Below are positions 9,073 to 17,839 of a DNA stretch of 53,865 bases, piece after piece. The stretch is taken from the IMG/VR virus record IMGVR_UViG_3300029267_001426, positions 1 through 53,865 of that record. One strand, written 5' to 3'. Within the stretch, counting starts at the first letter, position 1. Each line of letters begins with the position of its first letter. The DNA comes from a virus. Under the pieces are notes generated by a model. It had not been told where the DNA came from. It did no database searches and saw nothing but the letters and a program-made list of their open reading frames with translations. Made by a program: the position numbers and the translations under genes.

Positions 9073-9365
9073 CCCAGCCACAGCAGCTGGACATGCTGGC
9101 CTGCCTCGAGCTCGCCCCCATCTGGCATGAATCCACACCAGACCAGGGATTCTGGGCCTGCCCTATCTGCTACAATCCCAAGCCCAGATTGAATGTGGAC
9201 CCCTGGTTCCACAGCCTGACCTTTCAGCCCCCTGACTATACAGTGGGCCTGTGCAAGCCCTGTGGCTATGCTGCCAGGTTCCCTGTCAAGTTTGGGGGCA
9301 TCCACAAAGATGACCAGGTCCCCCCTGACCAGGTCTGGCAGATAACAGAACAGGGCAGCCACTAG
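9069..9365 (+). CDS. Small Zn-ribbon protein (CPIC...CKPC)
   Basis: GTG start in a GTGTGA overlap with the upstream stop. An alternative ATG is at 9093. This is the last gene of the rightward block. Confidence 0.5.
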   Translation: MTQPQQLDMLACLELAPIWHESTPDQGFWACPICYNPKPRLNVDPWFHSLTFQPPDYTVGLCKPCGYAARFPVKFGGIHKDDQVPPDQVWQITEQGSH

Positions 9366-9403
9366 GGCTGCCCTGTCACCATCCCAGGCCCAGATGGGGC
9401 CTG
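9351..9403. terminator. Two hairpins between convergent blocks (bidirectional terminator candidate)
   Basis: Hairpin 1 is cagggcagcc-actag-ggctgccctg (10-bp stem, 9351..9375) and overlaps the TAG stop. Hairpin 2 is caggccc-agatg-gggcctg (7-bp stem, 9385..9403). Confidence 0.55.
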
Positions 9404-9406
9404 CTG

Positions 9407-9823
9407 CTATCTCAGCCGCTTGAAAGCCAGTTTGGCCACATCCCTGACCAGCGCGCCCCCAGCATAACCCAGCCCAATGGCAGCCAGGGGCAGGGTGTCC
9501 ACCAGGACCTGGGCAGCCCCAGGCACAGTCACCAGGGTCAAGATGTAGCCCAGCAGGGCCATGGCGAACGTGGTCAAATACTTGGGTTCAAACTTGGGCC
9601 AGCTGGCCCAGCTGCCACTGTCCCCGATGGCAGTCAGCCCAGTGGTCAAGTAGGGCACAAAGGCGCGCAGGGCACAGCCGATGGTCAGCCACAGCATCCC
9701 CAGGCCGATGGCCCCCAGATAGGTCCAGTCAGGCCCTTGACCATCCCCAGCAGCCATGGCACAGCCACCCAGGATCAAGGTCACCAGCAAAGCAGGCACA
9801 AGGAGCAGATACTTTTTCCGCAT
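9407..9823 (-). CDS. Membrane protein, holin candidate (N-terminal lipobox-like ILGGC plus three more hydrophobic segments)
   Basis: AGAAAGGA lies 7 nt before ATG 9823. This is the last gene of the lysis cassette. The function is inferred from position and topology only. Confidence 0.55.
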   Translation of the reverse strand: MRKKYLLLVPALLVTLILGGCAMAAGDGQGPDWTYLGAIGLGMLWLTIGCALRAFVPYLTTGLTAIGDSGSWASWPKFEPKYLTTFAMALLGYILTLVTVPGAAQVLVDTLPLAAIGLGYAGGALVRDVAKLAFKRLR

Positions 9824-9846
9824 GTCAGATTCCTTTCTTTTGTGGG

Positions 9847-10134
9847 TCATCTGTTCATAAGATAGCGAACCAGTTCAATCAGCAATAGGACAATGGTGGG
9901 AATCCCAGCCGCCACAGCAGCCCACTGGGTCAGTTTTGTTTTCATGACAGCCATTTCCACTTTCAGCTGTGTCAGGTCAATCCTGGTCTGTGACATGTCT
10001 TTCTGTAGGGCATCCAGTTTGTCATCCATGCTTGTGAATTGATGCTGACAGCCCTTGGCATGTTGGTCAGCCACGAACCTTGCAGCCTCATTCAGGCTGA
10101 CCTGGGCCAGCTTGTCTGCCACAGCCTGGGTCAT
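9847..10134 (-). CDS. XhlA-like coiled-coil protein with C-terminal TM anchor
   Basis: 95 aa, with a coiled coil followed by AAVAAGIPTIVLLLIELV. The architecture resembles the XhlA lysis-associated family. RBS is AGAAAGGA. Confidence 0.5.
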   Translation of the reverse strand: MTQAVADKLAQVSLNEAARFVADQHAKGCQHQFTSMDDKLDALQKDMSQTRIDLTQLKVEMAVMKTKLTQWAAVAAGIPTIVLLLIELVRYLMNR

Positions 10135-10162
10135 GTCATGGTCCTTTCTTGTGTGATAGTGG

Positions 10163-10906
10163 CTAGTCTGGCCAGGTCAGTTCAGGTCTGGCCCTTTCCA
10201 GTTCCTGTCTGAACATTGCCCTGAATGCAGCCATGTCCAGCTTGCAGCCATCCACAGGGCCTGGTGGATCGATCGGTGGGTCCTGATCGCCGATGGCCAC
10301 ATGGACCAGGCTGGCATGGTCCAGGATGACATCAGCATGCTTGGATTTCCATTTATTCCATCCCCGCAGACAGACCACCAGGCTGTCAGCCATGGCCATG
10401 ATGGGTGGGGTTTCCAGGACCTGGAATTCAGCCCCCACATAGGCCCAAGGGGTCCAGACTGTGCCAGGGGTCCACTGGCCAGCCCCCCGGTCCCCCACCA
10501 GGTCAGCCTGTCCCCAGGGGTTCAGGCCCAGGCTGATATACATTTCACGCTCACTGACCCTGGGGTCATCCCTGTTGGAACACCATGCCTGGACATTCAT
10601 GGACAGCTGATAGAACTGGCCAGGCTGGATGCCCTGCTGGACCACTTGCATGACCCCAGCGTCCATGGTCCTGTGGAACACAAAGAAACACTGGCTGGAC
10701 GTCCCATTCTGGACCCTATAGGGAAACTGTGCCCCCACCAGTTCCTTGTATTCTGGCCTGGCTGTGGGTCCCTGGTGCTGTTCCTGGGGGACACTGGACC
10801 TTTCTTTCCAGACAGGCTGCCAATGCTGGGACAGAATCCCCTCTGGGAAACTGGCCTGGGAATAGGGGCCATCAAGGTTGGGATTCTGGATCAAATTCTG
10901 TGACAT
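10163..10906 (-). CDS. Carbohydrate-binding (CBM4/9-like jelly-roll) protein
   Basis: The N terminus NLIQNPNLDG...W..W is typical of CBM_4_9 modules. AGAAAGGA lies 5 nt before ATG 10906. The C-terminal 22 aa are shared with the next gene upstream. Confidence 0.5.
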   Translation of the reverse strand: MSQNLIQNPNLDGPYSQASFPEGILSQHWQPVWKERSSVPQEQHQGPTARPEYKELVGAQFPYRVQNGTSSQCFFVFHRTMDAGVMQVVQQGIQPGQFYQLSMNVQAWCSNRDDPRVSEREMYISLGLNPWGQADLVGDRGAGQWTPGTVWTPWAYVGAEFQVLETPPIMAMADSLVVCLRGWNKWKSKHADVILDHASLVHVAIGDQDPPIDPPGPVDGCKLDMAAFRAMFRQELERARPELTWPD

Positions 10907-10935
10907 GTGGGTCCTTTCTGGTGGCAATGGCCACC

Positions 10936-12003
10936 CTAGTCTGGCCAGGTCAGCTGGGGCCTGGCCTGGGCCAGTTCATCCCTGATGATAGCTTGCAGCT
11001 GGTCCATTATGGTGGGGTCTGGGGGCTTTTGCGTCGACGATGGGCCAGATGTGTGGCCCAGCTGCCAGGCATCCATCCAGTCTGCTATGACCAGGGGCTT
11101 GTCTTGAAAGGCCCACTGGTCCCCTTTCCATCTGTAGCAGGCCAGGCCCCTGATGGGAAATTCTGGATGGTCTTGATTCCAGGCATTGATTTCAGAACTG
11201 GCAGCAGGGATGAAACCAGCCCTGACATTCAGCCATGGATCATAGGCGTTGAACTCTGTGATGATTGCTGGCTTGCCATAGTTCTCAGCCAGGGTCCAGT
11301 CTGCCCAGTTCCGAAAGACCTGAAAGCCCCAGAAATGGTCCTTGAATGGGACAGACATCTGGACTGGGTCTGTGATGTGATCTGGGGTCTGCCCCCTGGC
11401 ATAGGCATGCCAGTCAAAGCCATCAATGGTGATGCCCAGCATCTGGCAGGCCAGCTGGATGTGGCGATAGTAGACCAGCCAGTCCCCAAGGGCATTGGGT
11501 TCCCCCAGGGGATTGTCAGCACCATAGCTGGTCTGGTTATTCCAGGGGGCCACAGCCCCCATCAGGACTATGTCATCCTGGTGGCCAGGCTGGCTTTTGA
11601 TCTGGTCCTTGCACAGCCCATAACATCTGGCATAGTCCCAGGGCATGATGTCCTGGCCATCCTTGCCATCCACATTGCCTGGCTTTTCCTGGCCATGGTT
11701 CATTTCATTCCCAATGGCCCAGATGTGGCAGCCCTCAGAACTGTTTCTGACCCAATTGCCCACCCTGATGCTGAATGGGCCATACTTGTCAGGGGATGGG
11801 ATGGTCCCCTGTGAACCGTAACCATGATTCAGCCTGGCCACTGCCAGCTGGCCTGCTGTGGCAATCCCCAGATAGTTATGGCCATGCTGGTGGCCTGGGT
11901 CTGCCCCCAGTTCATGGGTGGTCACACAAAGGCCCCCCACAGTCAGGCTGTGTTCACCATGGATGCCCAAGATGGGCCAGTCATGGTCCAGAATGTTTGT
12001 CAC
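10936..12003 (-). CDS. Clan GH-A TIM-barrel glycoside hydrolase, endolysin or depolymerase candidate
   Basis: WAIGNEMN (acid/base NE) and AIITEFN (nucleophile E) have the expected spacing. GTG start in a GTGA overlap with the upstream stop. Confidence 0.6.
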   Translation of the reverse strand: MTNILDHDWPILGIHGEHSLTVGGLCVTTHELGADPGHQHGHNYLGIATAGQLAVARLNHGYGSQGTIPSPDKYGPFSIRVGNWVRNSSEGCHIWAIGNEMNHGQEKPGNVDGKDGQDIMPWDYARCYGLCKDQIKSQPGHQDDIVLMGAVAPWNNQTSYGADNPLGEPNALGDWLVYYRHIQLACQMLGITIDGFDWHAYARGQTPDHITDPVQMSVPFKDHFWGFQVFRNWADWTLAENYGKPAIITEFNAYDPWLNVRAGFIPAASSEINAWNQDHPEFPIRGLACYRWKGDQWAFQDKPLVIADWMDAWQLGHTSGPSSTQKPPDPTIMDQLQAIIRDELAQARPQLTWPD

Positions 12004-12329
12004 TGGTCCCCCTGTTCTGGCTGTTCGTCGCCGGCCGCTGCTGCCTGCTGGGCTGCCATCTGTTTCATCCTGGCTTTCATCCCTGGGGTCATCATAAGAA
12101 ATTCAGTTCTGACAGCCTCACAGGCTGACATGCCCAGTTCTGGTGTCACACCAGCTGAGAAATCAAAAGAAATCCTGGGCTGCTGCTGCCCTGGGGAATA
12201 GGCCAGGCTGATGGTTATGATCTGATTCCCCCTGGTCATGTCAATGACTGGCAGCCCATTCAATGTTTCACCCTCTGGGGGCTGTTCCGAGGATGCCCCC
12301 TGGTCCTGTTCCTTGCCCTGGTCTGTCAA
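12000..12329 (-). CDS. Hypothetical protein (109 aa)
   Basis: TTG start preceded by GAAAGGGGA. This is the first gene after the candidate promoter at 12385..12413. Confidence 0.5.
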   Translation of the reverse strand: MTDQGKEQDQGASSEQPPEGETLNGLPVIDMTRGNQIITISLAYSPGQQQPRISFDFSAGVTPELGMSACEAVRTEFLMMTPGMKARMKQMAAQQAAAAGDEQPEQGDQ

Positions 12330-12384
12330 TGTGGTCCCCTTTCCTGTGGTGTGGCCCTGGTCCCCCCAGGACCTGGCTGATTAT

Positions 12385-12413
12385 ATGATACCAGCAGACA
12401 AGCTGGCAGTCAA
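12385..12413 (-). promoter_or_regulatory. Candidate sigma70 promoter for the lysis cassette
   Basis: On the minus strand: TTGACT (12413..12408), a 17-nt spacer, then TATCAT (12390..12385). It sits in the only TA-rich patch of this intergenic gap. Confidence 0.4.
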
Positions 12414-12417
12414 GGCA

Positions 12418-15400
12418 TCAATTCAAGGTTCCAAAGGCCACATGATAATAGCCATCTGTGATCCTGTTCCCATCGTCTTGAATGTAGACCTTGAAATAAC
12501 CTTTGGTGACCATTCCGCTGACCCCGCTGTCATCCTCAGAAACCAGACATCTGGTCTTATTCCCATCAGCCCCTGTGCCCACAAGACTGATGAAATCCCT
12601 GTCATTGTCATCCTGGTCCAGCCTTAAGACTGGGATATTGCCACCAGTGTCATCCTGGACAAAGTGGCCAATGGCCCCAGGGCTGTTGGTCCCTATGCCC
12701 ATTCTGCCATCCTCCTGGATTCTGAAAACTTCTGTGGCCAAGGTGAAATCATCGTCATCTTTCAGGACTGCAAAAAAGTTATTGGTCCCTGTGCTGTCAT
12801 CACAGTCAATGAATATGCCCACATTCCTGTCAGCTGACAGCCCCAGCTGTTCATGGCCCCAGATGTCAGATTCTGCCCCAGCCACATTTCCACTGGTCCT
12901 GATTTCAAGGATGGTGGACCCTGCCTGGCCAATTTCCAAGGCTGATGCTGTGAAATTGTATGTGAGACTGCCCCCCACATAAAGCCCTAGCTGGTCATCC
13001 ACACCCATGGTGTATAGATAGGTGTCATTGTCAGCATCCAGAAAGATGGCCCGCCCGCCCATTCTCAGCTGTGCCCCCAGGGCCACATAATTGGTGGCAG
13101 CCTCGACACAGTCAACCATGTTGACAGCCCCAGCCGCAAGGGTTAGCCTGTCATCCCTGAATCTGACATAAGTGTCAATGTCCCCCAGATGGGCCACATA
13201 TTCTGCTATCTGTAATGTCCCAGACAAAGCCAGGCCGCCCCCTGAATTGCTGGCCAAGATGGCTGATGTGGTCCCTGGATTATTGCTTGTGGTGATGGCA
13301 TGGCTGTGGTCAGCCCTGGCGAAATAGGCCCCTGACCCCTCTGAATTGCCTGAACTGAATGAAAGGTTAGAACTGGGGGCAGCAGTGGCAATGCTGTGGA
13401 CATGATCGCGTCTGGCTGCCACTGATGCTGACCCTGTGTTCCCTGACTGGTCTGGGGTCAAAACGTCTGGGACATTCCCATCAAAAAGGGCAATGGTGGC
13501 ATCAGTCCTGACATAGGTGCTGGCAGACCCAGCAGCATTGGAGGTGGAAAAGGACAGGGCTGGGGTTCCCCCCAGGCTGGGGAGATCACTGGCCTGAATG
13601 GCCCTGGGCAAGAACCTGGTCCCATTCCCAAAGAATCCCCAGCCAGCTGTGTTCCCATCAGTGTGGATGAACCCCTTGCCAGATGTGGTGAAATCAAGGT
13701 CAGTGTCCATGACCTCGATTCTGTCAGTTCCTGTGTCCTGGAATCTGAACCTGGGGCCATTGTAGGCCAGGCCGATCCAGGCATCGTCAACCATTTCAAT
13801 GCTGTTGTCCTGACTTGATGTGGTCCCAATGCCGAGCCGTCTTATCTGGACCTGGCCATTGGTGTCAGTGGCCAGAATGGACTGGCCTGCCCCAGGGTTA
13901 TTGCTAGATGTGACCTGGTGGGTGTGGCTGGTGGCTGTGGTCCCATTGGTGGACGTCACATTCAAAGTGGATGGGGTCCCCAGCCAGACAGTATATGCCC
14001 CATTGGCCCCACCATCACTGGAATCTAGGCCATTCCCCATGCTGATATATCTTTCAGCTGACAGACCTGAAACCCCACCCACAGTCAAGAATGGGGCATT
14101 GATGGGGGCATAGCTGGCAGACAGGTCCAGGGCATGGGTGTGGTTGGACCTTGCAAAGGTTGTGGCGTTGCCCTCTGTATTCGTGGATGATTCTGTCAGG
14201 GACCCTGTGGGGGCAGCACAGCTGATGGCATGCTGATGGTCATGCCTGGATGCCCTGACAGCTGTCCCTGGGTCACCAGTCTGGTCTGGGGTCAAGATGT
14301 CTGGGTCACTTGTGTTGAAAAGATGAATCTGGGCATCAGTCCTGACATAGGTGGCCGCCGAGCCACCAGCATTGGATGTGCTGAATGTCAGGGCTGGGGT
14401 TCCCCCCAAGCTGGGCACATCACTGGCCTGGATGGCCATGAACCTGGCAGCAGTCGCGCTGGTGGCTCTCAGCACATGGCCTGCTGTGGCCCCACTGATG
14501 GTGTGGTCAGGTCCCAAGGCAGAATTGGTGGCCAAGACATGAACCTGATTATGATGCAAGTTTGCCCCCAGGCCAGCTGGGTGTGAATGAATGTGGTCTG
14601 ACCTGTTCATAGTGTCTGCCACACCAGCCTGATCGGACGTCCCAATTGGGCCAGGGATTCCTATAGCAAAGCCATGCTGGTGGTCTGCCCTGGCAGCAAA
14701 ACGGCTGACCCCTGGTTCAGTGGGGTCATCTGGTGTGATGGGTTCTGTTTCATCAGCCCCAAAGATGGGACCCCTTGCCGGGCTGTTAGAGTTCCCCCCG
14801 CCCAGGTTGTTCCTGTCCACAGTCTGGTGGCCCAGTTCAATTTCATATTCTCTTTCAGACCCAGTGTCATTTCTTGGCCGCATCACTGCGCGTCTGACCC
14901 AGAGAAATTCCCCACCAGGGACCCAATGAGAATGGGTCAGACTCAAATATTTATATTCCCAGGCAGGGTCATCCCAGCAGACCAGCCGCCTTTCTGTGAT
15001 CCCATCCCCATAGGCATCAATCAAGGCAGCCCCTACAGCATCAATGCCATCCTGGGTGGTCACATTGGTGTCATGGACTATGGCCTGGTATTCACCAGTA
15101 GGCGGGTCAGGATACCAGCCCTCTACACCATCCCCGACCACATAGACCTGGTCAATCTTTTGGCTTTCATCCTCCCTTTCATAGTATTGACCATAGGGCA
15201 TGTCAAAGGCATCCTGGATGTCATCTGTAAGATTCCAGGCCCCTGTCATTCCAGGGATGCTGCTGGGGTCATCCACATAGTATAAAGACTTGCCCTGGCT
15301 GACATAGAAATAGGCCCCACCAGCCTGGGCGGCTATTGCTTCCAGGGCTTGCCTGAATGTGCCCTGGATGTGGATTTCCTCCAAACTGGCATTCAAGGTC

Positions 15401-15831
15401 ATGATGTAGCCAACAGCCACGCCTGGCAGATAGGTGGACAGCAGGGTCTGAATCTCTGTGCTGTCAGTGTCCCCAGCATCAATGGTATAGTCATCAATGA
15501 CAGTCCTGTCCAACAGGACATTATAATCCTGACAGCTATACCTGGCCCCTGTGTTAGGCCCCAGCCTGACCCTTTCCCGCTGGGTCACTATGCCAGCAAA
15601 GAACCCCATGCCTGTGGTGGCATCTGTGATCCTGATTTCCTCCCCTGGGGCAGGCAGCCTGCTGCCAGGTTCCACCAGGCCAAAACGTGCTATGGCCAGG
15701 CCATTGCCAGCCACCCTTTCAGTCTGCGCGATCGGCAAGCCCAGCAAAGGATAGCCCAGCCAGGGACACTGGTCTGTCAGGTCTGACCAGGCAGGCCCAC
15801 CATAATTGGTTTCAATCTTTAGAACACCCAT
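12418..15831 (-). CDS. Tail fiber / receptor-binding protein with N-terminal tail-tip (Dit-like) region
   Basis: 1137 aa, immediately after the tape measure gene. It has at least 7 D/N-H-x-H motifs (ADHQH, SDHIHSH, HDHQH, NHTH, SHTH, DHVH, DHSH), as in metal-binding phage fiber shafts, and an internal 100-aa duplication. Confidence 0.75.
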   Translation of the reverse strand: MGVLKIETNYGGPAWSDLTDQCPWLGYPLLGLPIAQTERVAGNGLAIARFGLVEPGSRLPAPGEEIRITDATTGMGFFAGIVTQRERVRLGPNTGARYSCQDYNVLLDRTVIDDYTIDAGDTDSTEIQTLLSTYLPGVAVGYIMTLNASLEEIHIQGTFRQALEAIAAQAGGAYFYVSQGKSLYYVDDPSSIPGMTGAWNLTDDIQDAFDMPYGQYYEREDESQKIDQVYVVGDGVEGWYPDPPTGEYQAIVHDTNVTTQDGIDAVGAALIDAYGDGITERRLVCWDDPAWEYKYLSLTHSHWVPGGEFLWVRRAVMRPRNDTGSEREYEIELGHQTVDRNNLGGGNSNSPARGPIFGADETEPITPDDPTEPGVSRFAARADHQHGFAIGIPGPIGTSDQAGVADTMNRSDHIHSHPAGLGANLHHNQVHVLATNSALGPDHTISGATAGHVLRATSATAARFMAIQASDVPSLGGTPALTFSTSNAGGSAATYVRTDAQIHLFNTSDPDILTPDQTGDPGTAVRASRHDHQHAISCAAPTGSLTESSTNTEGNATTFARSNHTHALDLSASYAPINAPFLTVGGVSGLSAERYISMGNGLDSSDGGANGAYTVWLGTPSTLNVTSTNGTTATSHTHQVTSSNNPGAGQSILATDTNGQVQIRRLGIGTTSSQDNSIEMVDDAWIGLAYNGPRFRFQDTGTDRIEVMDTDLDFTTSGKGFIHTDGNTAGWGFFGNGTRFLPRAIQASDLPSLGGTPALSFSTSNAAGSASTYVRTDATIALFDGNVPDVLTPDQSGNTGSASVAARRDHVHSIATAAPSSNLSFSSGNSEGSGAYFARADHSHAITTSNNPGTTSAILASNSGGGLALSGTLQIAEYVAHLGDIDTYVRFRDDRLTLAAGAVNMVDCVEAATNYVALGAQLRMGGRAIFLDADNDTYLYTMGVDDQLGLYVGGSLTYNFTASALEIGQAGSTILEIRTSGNVAGAESDIWGHEQLGLSADRNVGIFIDCDDSTGTNNFFAVLKDDDDFTLATEVFRIQEDGRMGIGTNSPGAIGHFVQDDTGGNIPVLRLDQDDNDRDFISLVGTGADGNKTRCLVSEDDSGVSGMVTKGYFKVYIQDDGNRITDGYYHVAFGTLN
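13294..13599 (-). repeat. Intragenic repeat B of the fiber gene (aa 745-846)
   Basis: IQASDLPSLGGTPALSFSTSNAAGSASTYVRTDA...FARADHSHAI. Confidence 0.8.
14128..14433 (-). repeat. Intragenic repeat A of the fiber gene (aa 467-568)
   Basis: IQASDVPSLGGTPALTFSTSNAGGSAATYVRTDA...FARSNHTHAL. It is about 65 percent identical to repeat B, and the similarity is visible at the DNA level. Confidence 0.8.
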
Positions 15832-15841
15832 TCAAGCCCCT

Positions 15842-17827
15842 TTATGAAAGAACCCAGTCCTTGACCTGACCCTTAAGGCGCATGTAATTTTCAATTTCCC
15901 TGACAGTGGCCACTGGGTCTGGGTTCTGGATGTGGTTATGATTCACTATGGTGATGGTGGCCCCACCAGCAGCCATCCCCCTGGACTGGCCTGCTGTATA
16001 GACCTTGGCCCCCCTTGGGAGTTCCACCAGTTCAGCCCCGAATTCCCCCACCCAGGCCATGCCCCCTGGGTGATAGGTGGTCCCCCCAGCATACTGGGGC
16101 ACATTGCCGCCCCCACCAGATGGGCTGCCTGTGGTCTTGTAATTGATGGTGATCGTTTTGCTAGTGGGCAGGGCATCCAATGAGGCTTTCAGGCCATCCA
16201 CTTGGCCAGCTGTGTCAGATGCTGCCCCAGACAGGCTGCCCAGTTCTGTGGTCTGGTTCATAGCTTTCTGGGTGGCAGTGTCCAGCAATTCACCATAGGT
16301 TTCAAGCTGTAAACTCTCAGCAGCATGCTGTTCCACCAGGACCCCAAGCTGGGTGGCATAGTTCCCAGCCTCAACAGTCCCATCTGACATGCCTGTGGTC
16401 AGGTTCATCATGTTTGTGGCCAGGTTCATGCTGGCCTCGTCAGCCAGCCCAAAGGCCAGTTGGACATCCCTGACAGCTGTGTTGTACTGTTCAGCTGTTA
16501 TGTCACCATCAGCCAAGGCAGCCCCCAGCTGCTGGATGGCTGCCTGTGCTATCTGGGCCTCATTGGCCCCTTTCAGGCTGGCTGCCAGTTCAAGCTGGCT
16601 GCTGATGGCTTTCTGGGTGGCCGCGTCTGCTTCCACTTGGGCTGCTGCCAGGGCCAGGGTGGATGCTGCCCTTGCAGCCTCGCCCTGTTCAGCTGCTGCC
16701 AGGGCTGCCTGGTATTGATTATGTGAATCGGCTGACATGCCCACTGATGCTGTGATATTCCCCAGGGCGTCAGTATAGTGGGTCATCCCTGTGGCGCTCT
16801 GTGCCCTGATGGTGTTCAGGGTTTCCAGCATGGCCTGTTCTTTTTCATAAGTGGGCAGGCCAGCCAAGTGGGCATAATGCAGCTGTTCAGTCCCTGCCCT
16901 GTGTTCCTCGAGTATGCCGACCCCTTTCAGCATGGTGTTATTGAAAGCATACTGGGCCTTTTCCAGGGCCTGGCTGATGGGAATCTGCCCCTTGCTGGCC
17001 TTTTGAAATACTTGCAAGGCAGCACTGGCAGCCGCGCCGATCGTGACCACTTGCTTGAATGTTTCAGGCAAGGCACGAATCCGCCTTGACAGTTCTTTGA
17101 CCCCACTGACCCCGCCCAGCATTTCCACAAACAGTTCAGCAAAGCCTGTTTTTGCATCTGCCACAGCAGCAGTCAGCATTTCAATCTTAGCCATTTCATC
17201 AATTTCATCCCCCAGGGCAGCCATTTTCTTTTCACCCTCGACCAGCATCAGGTTCAGGAATGCCTGTTTTTTCTCAGCATCAGTCAGGGCATCAGCTGTC
17301 TTGCCCAGCTTGGCAGCAAAAAGGGCATTCGCCCTGGTGGCTGAGACAGTCAGACCGAGGTTATCAGCTATCTGCATGGACTGGCGCGCAGCAGCTGTGG
17401 TGAAATCATCAATTGACTTGGCAGCATCCTGGCCCATGGCCCTGCCCAAGGCTGTGGCCACTTTGGTCATCTTGGCGAATTCATCAGGGGTCTTGGCCAC
17501 ATCCATGACCAAGGCTTTGTTGGCAGCAGACATGGCAGACATCCTGTCAACAGTCAGGTCTGATGCCTCTTGCATGGCTGCTATGATTTCTTCCCCAGAT
17601 GTCCCAACGGATTCAGCCAGGTTGTCCAGGCTGCCTGCCTGGCGCCGAGCCTCAGCCCCCACCTTCGCAAAGTCTACTATAACCTCAGCAGACTTGATGG
17701 CAGCAAAGGCCCCAGCCACAAACTTGGCAGCCTTTGTGATGGATTCCAGCCCTTTTGATGTTTGTTTGTCACCCTGGCCCTGTTTCTCTGTGGACAGGAT
17801 GATCCTAAGTCTTTCAGTGGCGCTCAT
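15842..17827 (-). CDS. Tail tape measure protein
   Basis: 661 aa, Ala/Gln-rich and helical. The N-terminal region (AKFVAGAFAAIKSAEVIVDFAKVGAEARRQAGSL...) is typical of tape measure proteins. It lies just downstream of the G/GT chaperones. Confidence 0.85.
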   Translation of the reverse strand: MSATERLRIILSTEKQGQGDKQTSKGLESITKAAKFVAGAFAAIKSAEVIVDFAKVGAEARRQAGSLDNLAESVGTSGEEIIAAMQEASDLTVDRMSAMSAANKALVMDVAKTPDEFAKMTKVATALGRAMGQDAAKSIDDFTTAAARQSMQIADNLGLTVSATRANALFAAKLGKTADALTDAEKKQAFLNLMLVEGEKKMAALGDEIDEMAKIEMLTAAVADAKTGFAELFVEMLGGVSGVKELSRRIRALPETFKQVVTIGAAASAALQVFQKASKGQIPISQALEKAQYAFNNTMLKGVGILEEHRAGTEQLHYAHLAGLPTYEKEQAMLETLNTIRAQSATGMTHYTDALGNITASVGMSADSHNQYQAALAAAEQGEAARAASTLALAAAQVEADAATQKAISSQLELAASLKGANEAQIAQAAIQQLGAALADGDITAEQYNTAVRDVQLAFGLADEASMNLATNMMNLTTGMSDGTVEAGNYATQLGVLVEQHAAESLQLETYGELLDTATQKAMNQTTELGSLSGAASDTAGQVDGLKASLDALPTSKTITINYKTTGSPSGGGGNVPQYAGGTTYHPGGMAWVGEFGAELVELPRGAKVYTAGQSRGMAAGGATITIVNHNHIQNPDPVATVREIENYMRLKGQVKDWVLS

Positions 17828-17839
17828 TCAGCAGCCCTT

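Noticed and set aside
10729-11814. 361-aa plus-strand ORF. The same applies to 17043..17915, 45115..46035, 47237..48004, 50643..51470 and 4539..5273.
   Set aside because: All are antisense to, or out of frame with, better-supported genes, and lack RBS or coupling signals. They are treated as stop-poor frame artefacts.
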